DNA of 64,000 nt from an uncultured Polyangiaceae bacterium (lineage in GTDB: Bacteria; Myxococcota_A; Polyangia; Polyangiales; Polyangiaceae): the NCBI GenBank assembly GCA_964628155.1, contig CAZVPE010000006.1, positions 291 through 64,290 of the forward strand. Reading direction: 5' to 3'. Positions 57,082 to 64,000 of this stretch are shown piece by piece. Numbering within the stretch: position 1 is the first letter of the stretch; each line of letters starts with the position of its first letter. The position numbers were made by a program, and so were the translations under genes. The notes below the pieces were generated by a model. The model did no database searches and was not told the origin of the DNA. It saw nothing but the letters and a program-made list of their open reading frames with translations.

Positions 57082-57319
57082 GTTGTTCCGCGCGCGGTGA
57101 TCCCGCATGGGACTCGAGCGCACTCCGTCGCGCACCCCGCGCAAGACACGACGCCGGACGACCCGGTGCCAGGGTGTCGCCCGGTGTCCGGTGACGCACC
57201 CGAAGCAGGAACTCCTCGCATTTCTGGAGGAAAAAGACGTTGCACGGATGCGGCGCAAAGATTGCTGGTGTCGTCTTGGTCATCCGGGTGGCCCACAACC
57301 TGGTGCACGGAGCTGGCGA

Positions 57320-57604
57320 ATGACATCTGGTCCACCGAGCGATCCGCATCCGCCGAGCGATTCATCGCCGCCCAGCGAACCCCCGCCATCGACCGATCCG
57401 CCACCGCCCACCGATCCTTCTCTGCCGAACCCGCCGCCCACGACGCCGGAACTACCGGGTCCCATCCCGGCCGGCCAAGCGCTGCTTCACGTCACGGGAG
57501 CGCTGATGGACGTCTACACGGCCATGTCGCGATTGGAGGCGGTCGTCGCCGCGATCGCCAGGGCGCTCGACGAGAGCGCGGGGAAGGGACCGACTGCGCC
57601 GTGA
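57320..57604 (+). CDS. Small proline-rich hypothetical protein (weak call)
   Basis: 94 aa with a PPSDPHPPSDSSPPSEPPPSTDPPPPTDPS repeat region, then an amphipathic helix ALMDVYTAMSRLEAVVAAIARAL. Confidence 0.3.
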   Translation: MTSGPPSDPHPPSDSSPPSEPPPSTDPPPPTDPSLPNPPPTTPELPGPIPAGQALLHVTGALMDVYTAMSRLEAVVAAIARALDESAGKGPTAP

Positions 57605-57639
57605 TGCGCCCGCTCGATTCGGTCCCCTTCCCGCTCCGG

Positions 57640-58761
57640 TCAGTACTTTTGAGAGTACTGGTACATCGTGACCCCGCCGCGGCTAATCGCGATGGAGAAG
57701 GTTCCCCACTGCTGAACCCCGTTGACCGTGCGCGTCGCCCACTGCGAGGCGTGCGTGGCGTCGGCCAAGAGCAGGTTCGCGTTGATGACGAACGGGTTGG
57801 CCTGCGTCCCGAGGAGATTGCTGTTCGGGTCGAATTGCGAGCCGGGCTCCGCGTACGGAACCGGGTCGATGATCATCGAAGAACGGCAGGTGGCCGACGG
57901 ATTGTTCCAGCAGTTGGTCGGATTGAAGCTCTCGAACGCCCAGTTCTGGGGCGTTCCGTTGATCGAGACGAGAAGGTACGGGTTGGAGCCGGTCCGGCCC
58001 ATGTACGGCGTAAACGATTCGTTTGCGTTGTCGATCGTTTGGCCTTCGGCGGTGCCGCCCGTGACGCCGGTGTAAGCCGAGGGAGCGCTTCGCCAGTCGC
58101 TCACGGGCGGGAACGAGATCGGCAGATACTTCGACGTATCGCTAACCGACTCCGACAACGTCACGGCCGTCGACGTGCACCACGAACCGCTCGTAAGGGT
58201 CACATAGTGACTGTTGTTCGAGCTGGTGGAGTCCGAGAGGTGGACCGTCGAGCTCTGGCCGGTCTTGAATTGCGCGAGCGCCGGAATCGAGAAGATCGAC
58301 GGATAGTATTTGCCGTTGGTGAACTTCTGGGCGAAGAACAAGCCATTCGCGAGGTAGGACCCCACGGTGGCGTCGGTCTGACCAAGGGCCAGAATCGCCT
58401 GCATTTTGGCGTTCACGTGGGCGTACAGGGGATCGCTCGTGTCGAACTGGATGCCCGGGCCGAGGCACTCCCACGAATTGCAAGTGGTGCCGGGCAAGTA
58501 CGTATACCGCTGCGGCGCCAGGATCGACCGAGCGGCGAGCAGGTTTCCGTCGGCCTGCGCCTGCTGCGCCGCGGCGACCATCAGGTTGAACGCGATCGTC
58601 GCGGCAGCGAGCTCCTGTCCACTCGTCGAGTCGCTCGGACAGGAGGTGACGGCCTCCGACGAACGCGCCAGTTCTTCGGAGGTCATCACGTCGGTCGCGC
58701 AGGCGCTTACGGACGCGAGACAGAGGGCGGCGGGTATGGCAATGAATGCACGCTGAGACAT
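57640..58761 (-). CDS. Orphan secreted lipoprotein, Ser/Thr/Asn-rich
   Basis: From MSQRAFIAIPAALCLASVSAC (lipobox). 373 aa with 8 Cys and no domain I recognise. GC content is markedly lower: one 60-nt line I hand-counted was about 53%. Confidence 0.6.
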   Translation of the reverse strand: MSQRAFIAIPAALCLASVSACATDVMTSEELARSSEAVTSCPSDSTSGQELAAATIAFNLMVAAAQQAQADGNLLAARSILAPQRYTYLPGTTCNSWECLGPGIQFDTSDPLYAHVNAKMQAILALGQTDATVGSYLANGLFFAQKFTNGKYYPSIFSIPALAQFKTGQSSTVHLSDSTSSNNSHYVTLTSGSWCTSTAVTLSESVSDTSKYLPISFPPVSDWRSAPSAYTGVTGGTAEGQTIDNANESFTPYMGRTGSNPYLLVSINGTPQNWAFESFNPTNCWNNPSATCRSSMIIDPVPYAEPGSQFDPNSNLLGTQANPFVINANLLLADATHASQWATRTVNGVQQWGTFSIAISRGGVTMYQYSQKY

Positions 58762-59057
58762 GGCAGTTCCTTTTGCGGGGGGCGGCAGCGCGACTAGCGC
58801 CATGCGTTTGACACATCGCAAGGTGCGCGCCAGCGGGAGCGAAGACTCGGTTCGAGGCCAAAACGTCGGCGGATCACGAAGGGATGACGCGATGCAGAAG
58901 ACCGAGCCCCCGCCGCGTCCTTGATTGCCAACTTTTGCGTCCACCGAGTCCACTCTTTGTGGCCGCCGGCGCATCATGCTGTGGCGGGAGAGACCACGCC
59001 GGGCTCGGAGCGGCGGGTCGGCGCGGCGGCGACGCATCGTCACCCGCCGTCTCACGG

Positions 59058-59125
59058 GAGGCTCCGTGCGCCCGTGTGCGCCACACGACGGCCGGCCAAA
59101 GAGGCTCCGTGCGCCCGTGTGCGCC
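59058..59125. repeat. Two copies of a 25-nt direct repeat spaced 43 nt start to start
   Basis: gaggctccgtgcgcccgtgtgcgcc occurs at 59058-59082 and 59101-59125. Each copy holds two GTGCGCC half-sites. It is intergenic between the LamG stop and the lipoprotein promoter region. Confidence 0.85.
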
Positions 59126-59152
59126 GGACGACAACGAGCCTACGACGAGGGG

Positions 59153-60298
59153 TCACTCTTGCGAGACGAAGAGTTGCTCGACTTCGGCCGGGCTCAGGGC
59201 ACGATTGTAGATCCGGAAGTTGTCGATCTGACCGTTGAAGTAGGGATCCGCGGGGAACTGCGACCGGCCGAGCCAGTTCTGCATGGTGACACCCAGACGC
59301 GCGGGTGTGAGCGTAATCGTCGTGACTTGCTGGATCTGGACGCCGGAGACGTAAAGAGTCCCTGTCGAGCCCTGCAACGTAATCGCGACGTCTTGCCACA
59401 CGCCGGTCGGCAGCGCGTTGGTCTCGTAGACATCCTGCTCCGCATTGGCCGTGTTGATCGAGATCCCGAAACCGCGACCGGCGCTGCTGGGCGTAAAGTA
59501 CATATACTGGTTGATGCCCGACCCGAAGTCGAACAAGCGATCGAAGCGCTGCGACACATTCACACGGACCCACGCGGTAATGGAAAAATCGGTCAACGTG
59601 CTGACGATTCCGGCGGGGAGCTCGACATACTGGCCTTTTCCGTTCATCGTCGCGGCGTTGCCGGTAAGGCCGGAACTGAACGTGGCCCCCACCATCGTCG
59701 CCGCATGGCAGTTTCCCGAGACGTCGTTCGCCGTCGTTCCGATTGCCTCGTCGAATCGGTAGTCCGCGACGAGGCCGACCGCCAAACCACCCCCGTCGGT
59801 TGCCACGTCTCGGGTTGGGACACAGGCGCCGTTTGCGTCGCTGTCTGAGTCGGCGACGGCGCCCGCGTCGCGCAGCGGCGTTCCTTCGGGCCCGGTCGAC
59901 GGAGAGGGGCTCCCATCCGCGACTGCGCTTCCCCCCTCCGCCTGCCCCGAGGCAGGCGCGCCTTGCTCTTGGCCGAGCCCGCCGAGGTCACCCGGTCCGG
60001 CGGATGGAGCCGATACCCCGGTTTCGACGCCATTTTGCCGCGCGCCATCGAAGGTGTCCCCGCCCACGCTCCCTTCGGCCTGCGGCCCTTGGACGACCGG
60101 AGCGTCTTCGTAGCCCCCATCCGGGCCGAGCGTCGAGTCGACGAATGACGCGTCCGCCGTTCCGTCCGACACCCCCAAAGAAGATCCGCCTTGGTCCAGT
60201 CGGTCGGGGTCGTAGATCAGCGAACAATGAAGAAGGGATCCGGAACAAACGATTGCAGCGCAGCCGAACCAACGAGTCGCCGACGGCATCGAGAACAC
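59153..60298 (-). CDS. Secreted LamG (concanavalin A-like, Laminin_G_3) domain protein
   Basis: Signal peptide with a Cys-containing h-region, a Gly/Asp/Ser-rich linker, then LVADYRFDE...GQYVELPAGI...DFSITAWVRV...WQDVAITL...GQIDNFRIYNRALSPAEV. Confidence 0.8.
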   Translation of the reverse strand: MFSMPSATRWFGCAAIVCSGSLLHCSLIYDPDRLDQGGSSLGVSDGTADASFVDSTLGPDGGYEDAPVVQGPQAEGSVGGDTFDGARQNGVETGVSAPSAGPGDLGGLGQEQGAPASGQAEGGSAVADGSPSPSTGPEGTPLRDAGAVADSDSDANGACVPTRDVATDGGGLAVGLVADYRFDEAIGTTANDVSGNCHAATMVGATFSSGLTGNAATMNGKGQYVELPAGIVSTLTDFSITAWVRVNVSQRFDRLFDFGSGINQYMYFTPSSAGRGFGISINTANAEQDVYETNALPTGVWQDVAITLQGSTGTLYVSGVQIQQVTTITLTPARLGVTMQNWLGRSQFPADPYFNGQIDNFRIYNRALSPAEVEQLFVSQE

Positions 60299-60505
60299 TC
60301 CAGCAAATGCCGTAGCACCAAACGACGGGCAGGCCCGTCGAGTTCTTCGTGTATTTGCTCTTCATGGGATAGGCGCCGCGCGGCAATCGCGGAATACCCG
60401 GTCGACATCGACACTCGGAACGGCTGTCTCTGGATTTTTCGTCAACGGGCACTGCGCAACAGGAGGCGCCGGCGGCTCGGGCAGCGCCTCCGCCACCGCA
60501 GACAT

Positions 60506-60961
60506 TTACCGCACGCATCGAACCCAATAGGCACCGGAAGGCGCGCTGCAGCTCGAAGCTCCGGTACGGAAGTCGACGTACCAGGCGCCGGCGGCCGGGG
60601 TGGTGCACGGCGTGGAGGTCCAGAAGTAGCCGGCCGGCGTAGCGGGAAACGCGACCGGATCGATCGCGGGAGGAGCTGTGGCCGAGAAGTCCTCAATCGT
60701 CACCAGCTCCTTCATCGTCGGCAGCCGCCACCCCGCGGCTCCGTTCAGAGTGAGGCCCGAGCAATAGGTCGCGGCGGCGGTTTGTGCGAGCATGACCGGC
60801 GCGATCGTTTGCTGCCAAGTTCGAGTCGTCTTCGAGTCGTAGACAGTCCCGGTAGAGACGGTATATCGGGTCCCGTGCGCGGCCGCGCGTGCGGCCACGA
60901 TCGGGACCATCGCGATGGCGGGGATCGCGGCGCGAAGAAGCCAGATGGACCATCGTTTCAT
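60506..60961 (-). CDS. DUF1566 (Lcl C-terminal-like) secreted protein
   Basis: From MKRWSIWLL. YCSGLTLNGAAGWRLPTMKELVTI...FWTSTP...AWYVDF...WVRCVR. Confidence 0.8.
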   Translation of the reverse strand: MKRWSIWLLRAAIPAIAMVPIVAARAAAHGTRYTVSTGTVYDSKTTRTWQQTIAPVMLAQTAAATYCSGLTLNGAAGWRLPTMKELVTIEDFSATAPPAIDPVAFPATPAGYFWTSTPCTTPAAGAWYVDFRTGASSCSAPSGAYWVRCVR

Positions 60962-60998
60962 CGGATTCTCTCGGAATGGGCCGGACAAGCCGGCACGT

Positions 60999-62033
60999 TC
61001 AGCGAACGCATCGAACTTGTGCGTCGAAGTTGCTGCCCAGAATGGCGGTATATCCGCCGCCAAAAAATACGTCCCAGCCGTTTCCGGCCGGCGGCTGCGC
61101 GAACGGCGTGGAGGACCAAAAGGCCTGTGGGGGCGTATTCGGGAAGTAGGTCTTGTCGATTGTGGGAGGCGCCACGCCCGGGTCGACGATGGACACGAGC
61201 TCGACGACCGTCGGCAGTCGCCAATCCGTAAAGCCCCCGAGGCTGAGCCGGGCACAATAGGCCCTGGCATCCGCCTGAACGTAGATCGTCTCCGGGACCG
61301 CTTGCTGCCAGACGAGGCCCGTGACGTTGTCCGTGACTGTGCCGTCGCCGTTGTCCGCATAGCTCTCCGGGGTCGGAGCCCCGGCCGCGACGTCGACCGG
61401 AGCGTTGGGCATCGGCCATTCGGCCCAACCCGGATCGACGCACGCCGCCATTGGATACCGCTCGCAGACCAGACCCGCGGCACAGGGCGACGGGGTGGCC
61501 GTGCACCCGGTAGTCCCCACGGAACACGACAGAATCTCGGTGCTGCTCTCCGCGAGGCACGAGGGTCCCCCGTCGCATCCGTCCGTACAGCAATCGCCAT
61601 AGGCCGAATCCGGGCAGACGGACGAGGACGAGCCGCTTCCGCAGTCGTTGCCGCACGCCATCGCGCCGGCCTCCGGCTCCGGCGCGGCGTTCGCATCGGC
61701 CGCGGCTACGGGGACGTTCGGCTGCGCATCTCCCGCGACGTCGGTTTGCGCGTCTCCCGCCAGGGTGGCGTCTGCGTTGGCGGATGGAACATCGCCGGCC
61801 GCAGCGTCTCCGTTTTCACCCGAGTCGTCGCCTCGAGGGGGCTCTCCGTCGCCGTTCGCGTCGAGGGCTTGGGCCGAGCCGAGTCCTTGTCCTTCGTCGG
61901 AAGCATCGGTGCCAAACGTCCCATCAGCCTCCCCGTCTGCGGTACCGGCGCGTTCCTCCGGCCCCAACCCCTCGGGGCTCGGGCGACATGCGGCCAGCGC
62001 CGCGACGAGGAGAACGTCCGTCACCCGCCGCAT
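60999..62033 (-). CDS. Lipoprotein: acidic linker, Cys-rich module and DUF1566 domain
   Basis: From MRRVTDVLLVAALAAC. 14 Cys between residues ~127 and 198 (ACGNDCGSGSSSSVCPDSAYGDCCTDGCDGGPSC...). Then YCARLSLGGFTDWRLPTVVELVSI...FWSSTP...VRCVR. Confidence 0.8.
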   Translation of the reverse strand: MRRVTDVLLVAALAACRPSPEGLGPEERAGTADGEADGTFGTDASDEGQGLGSAQALDANGDGEPPRGDDSGENGDAAAGDVPSANADATLAGDAQTDVAGDAQPNVPVAAADANAAPEPEAGAMACGNDCGSGSSSSVCPDSAYGDCCTDGCDGGPSCLAESSTEILSCSVGTTGCTATPSPCAAGLVCERYPMAACVDPGWAEWPMPNAPVDVAAGAPTPESYADNGDGTVTDNVTGLVWQQAVPETIYVQADARAYCARLSLGGFTDWRLPTVVELVSIVDPGVAPPTIDKTYFPNTPPQAFWSSTPFAQPPAGNGWDVFFGGGYTAILGSNFDAQVRCVR

Positions 62034-62117
62034 GGGTGGGGTCCTGCGCTGACGTAGCCGTTTCGCAGGTCGCTTTGCACCACGCTTACCCCCCGCAGCT
62101 CGAGTGAGCGGCCCGGC

Positions 62118-62136
62118 GCAAGGGAGTCGCCCTTGC
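62118..62136 (-). other. GC-rich stem-loop between the HExxH gene and the DUF1566 lipoprotein gene
   Basis: gcaaggg-agtcg-cccttgc has a 7-bp stem and 5-nt loop with no U tract. It lies about 70-85 nt after the HExxH stop. It could be a terminator, attenuator or processing site; the function is not established. Confidence 0.3.
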
Positions 62137-62203
62137 AACACCCAGCTATACGCTCCCGGGGGCGAACCGTAAACTTTGGTGCGCTCGCAAATCGCTCGGC
62201 TGA

Positions 62204-63796
62204 TTACGCCGCCAGCAAGACCGCGATCAAGCTCTGACTCGACCTCTCGACCATCGCCTGAATCCTCTGTTCGAGCGCGATCGACTCGGGCGAAGGCGGG
62301 CGGCGCAAGCCGTAGCCATCGGCGGAAAACTTCTGGAGGATCGTCGCGACGACGTTGCGAAACCGCAAGAACTCCGCTCCGACGGCCTGGTCGGGGCGGC
62401 GCACGGAGGCCTCCTGGAGCCGGCCCGAGTCGGGTCCCTCCGCGTCGATGACGCGAAGCACGCCGGCGATCGTGTCCGCTTCGTCGGCGATGACCCCCAG
62501 AAGGGCGGCCTCGAGCTCGGGGGGGAGCTTTTTGCCCGCAATCGTGACGGCTTCGACGAGATAGCGGTGGAGCAGAAGATGAATGTAGGAAGTCTCGAGC
62601 GGCGGCGGCGCGGCGTCGACGCCTTGGAGGACCGAGAGAAGCCAGTCGACGAGGAACCGTCCGGCCGGTCCGAGCTCCGGCCAACACAATTCTTTGATCT
62701 TTCGTCCGAGATACTGCGCCCGCTCCAGCGCATCGCGCTTGTTGGTCATCGCGGGCGCGACTCCATACGGCGAACCGAATCGGCTCGCGAGCTCCGCCAT
62801 TCGCCGCTCGGTCTGAAGGCAGACCACCGCTTGGTGGACGTAGACGTGGAACGCGGCAACGGCGCGGAACGCGTCCCAGTAGTTTACCGGATGGGCTCCT
62901 CCGACATTCCAGATGGCCGAGACCCGGGCGACGTTCTCGGTGGTTTCGGGCGTGAGGTCCTCCGTCAGGAGGGAGTGGGTGTGGCGAAAATCGTAGAGCT
63001 TCTGGTGCAACGATTCATGGAGCAGGTGCTCGGCTACCCACCACGGGTTCTGGAGCATCTTGCGGTTGATGAAGATCGTGCCGCTTATCCGAAATTCCGA
63101 GCACGACCCCTTCCGGCTCCAGGTACCGGCGTGAGGAACGAGGACGACCAGGTGGGTATGACCGAGCACGCTGTGCGACGTGAGCGGCATGAGCAGGCGG
63201 AGCAAGGTCGCCCCTTTGGCGAGCAGGGCCAGGTCGTCGGGCTTCGGCGTCATCAGCGGCTGACCGCCGAAGTTCTCGTGAACGATCTTGCGGAAGGCGC
63301 GGCCGAACACGTCGTCCGAGTGGGCTTCGCTCCACACCCAGCCGTAGCCGGGCGCCGCTCCGATGCGACGGACATTGCCTCCGCCGGCCTCGAGGGGTCC
63401 CCCCGCGCTGCCTTCCTTCAAAAGGCGGATCGTCTCGCGAAAGATCTCCTCGTGCTCCGGCTGCGGCGCGTCGTGACGCTGGGCTTGGTGAATCGTGTTG
63501 CGGACGACCGGATCGCCGATCACCCGATAGCGAACGTCGTCGGTCGCGTCGTCGAGAGCGCGCGCGAGCTCGCCCGCGACAGGGATAGTCGCGGCGAGTC
63601 GTCCGAGGCGCTGCTTGTACCGGACATGCAGATGTTCGTGGAGATACTCGCTGTCGCCGAACGGCCGATGTCGAGCCAAGAGCTCGTCGACCATGTCGAG
63701 CGGGTGCGGCGGCGCTTGGCCCGCCGGCCGCGGCGCGCTCGTGACTCCCGAACTTCGTTTCGCGCTCGATTGTTTTCGTCGACTGGCTGAGCCCAT
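62204..63796 (-). CDS. Large HExxH-motif protein (resembles the TIGR04267 'HEXXH motif domain' peptide-modifying family)
   Basis: 530 aa, no signal peptide, basic Ser/Arg-rich N-terminus. Central WWVAEHLLHESLHQKLYDF (HESLH at 63005-63019) and a second HEHLH near residue 53. Family assignment is by motif context only. Confidence 0.6.
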   Translation of the reverse strand: MGSASRRKQSSAKRSSGVTSAPRPAGQAPPHPLDMVDELLARHRPFGDSEYLHEHLHVRYKQRLGRLAATIPVAGELARALDDATDDVRYRVIGDPVVRNTIHQAQRHDAPQPEHEEIFRETIRLLKEGSAGGPLEAGGGNVRRIGAAPGYGWVWSEAHSDDVFGRAFRKIVHENFGGQPLMTPKPDDLALLAKGATLLRLLMPLTSHSVLGHTHLVVLVPHAGTWSRKGSCSEFRISGTIFINRKMLQNPWWVAEHLLHESLHQKLYDFRHTHSLLTEDLTPETTENVARVSAIWNVGGAHPVNYWDAFRAVAAFHVYVHQAVVCLQTERRMAELASRFGSPYGVAPAMTNKRDALERAQYLGRKIKELCWPELGPAGRFLVDWLLSVLQGVDAAPPPLETSYIHLLLHRYLVEAVTIAGKKLPPELEAALLGVIADEADTIAGVLRVIDAEGPDSGRLQEASVRRPDQAVGAEFLRFRNVVATILQKFSADGYGLRRPPSPESIALEQRIQAMVERSSQSLIAVLLAA

Positions 63797-63844
63797 CTAC
63801 GGCTGGCGTAAGCGTACCCGCGACGGCGCGGGCGGCGCCAAGAC

Positions 63845-64000
63845 TTAAACCGCCTCGGCGAAGAGCCCCCTTTCCAGTGCAAACGGAAGGGCGAGACGCT
63901 CCGGGTGCGGTACGTTTGCGTGGCGAATGGAACCCAGCGAACCAGGCACGGGCGACGCTGGCGGAGCGAGCGCCGGCGCAAGCGAGACGACCACCCACAA
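63845..64000 (-). CDS. Possible 3' end of a CDS that starts beyond the right window edge
   Basis: My translation gives an open frame from the edge to TAA at 63845-63847: LWVVVSLAPALAPPASPVPGSLGSIRHANVPHPERLALPFALERGLFAEAV*. It ends 48 nt upstream of the HExxH gene on the same strand. GC3 is only about 70%. Confidence 0.3.
   Translation of the reverse strand: MWVVVSLAPALAPPASPVPGSLGSIRHANVPHPERLALPFALERGLFAEAV

Noticed and set aside
59058-59125. Possible CRISPR array
   Set aside because: Only two repeat copies are present, with one 18-nt interval and no cas genes. No other regularly spaced repeats were seen in the window.
63845-63862. The C-terminus FAEAV of the edge ORF as an FXSXX-COOH precursor motif, which is the usual partner of HEXXH-domain proteins
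   Set aside because: The third residue from the Phe is Glu, not Ser. No FxsB-type radical-SAM gene is visible. The resemblance (F-x-E-x-x) may be coincidental.
1-64000. rRNA genes, riboswitches, prophage or toxin-antitoxin pairs
   Set aside because: I recognised no rRNA-like conserved stretches, no long structured 5' leaders and no phage structural or TA-type small gene pairs on reading both strands. The absence is by eye only and needs covariance-model and HMM scans to confirm.

Overview
This is a 64-kb stretch of very GC-rich bacterial chromosome, roughly 70% GC by eye. Lipoprotein-rich gene content (DUF1566, LamG, DUF4397, PilZ, PD40) suggests Myxococcota, but that is inference only. All calls come from reading the ORF translations and the DNA by eye, with no searches run. 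I support about 60 CDSs, one tRNA and no rRNA, CRISPR array, transposase or integrase.

Left to right, the window contains:
- An edge-truncated GT39-type glycosyltransferase, absent from the ORF track.
- A ferredoxin, a bacterial lysyl-oxidase homologue and a DUF4397 lipoprotein.
- A RegB/RegA redox two-component pair beside a YtkA/FixH-like lipoprotein, a beta-barrel and a TonB_C-fused TonB-dependent receptor.
- A double zinc-ribbon membrane HExxH protein, then selO.
- A 10-gene soluble group-3b-type [NiFe]-hydrogenase cluster (hyhB, a CNB-domain gene, hyhG-S-L, protease, hypA-C-D-E).
- A PiT-PstS-OmpA triple fusion, an IF-1 paralogue, a SWIM-SNF2 helicase, an ABC-F ATPase, argS, glgP and a GH6 lipoprotein.
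- An HDOD protein and tandem PilZ genes separated by a 128-nt inverted-repeat element.
- A long housekeeping array: an ArsA-like gene coupled to dnaB, then rplI-rpsR-rpsF-pth-ctc-prs.
- rlmI-like and other methyltransferases, cytochrome P460, mutM and tRNA-Arg(CCT).
- A compositionally patchy accessory region downstream of the tRNA. It ends in a run of secreted LamG/DUF1566/Cys-rich proteins headed by a large HExxH-motif protein.

The best leads are the HExxH-headed secreted-protein cluster, the stand-alone CNB gene inside the hydrogenase operon, and the PiT-PstS-OmpA fusion.
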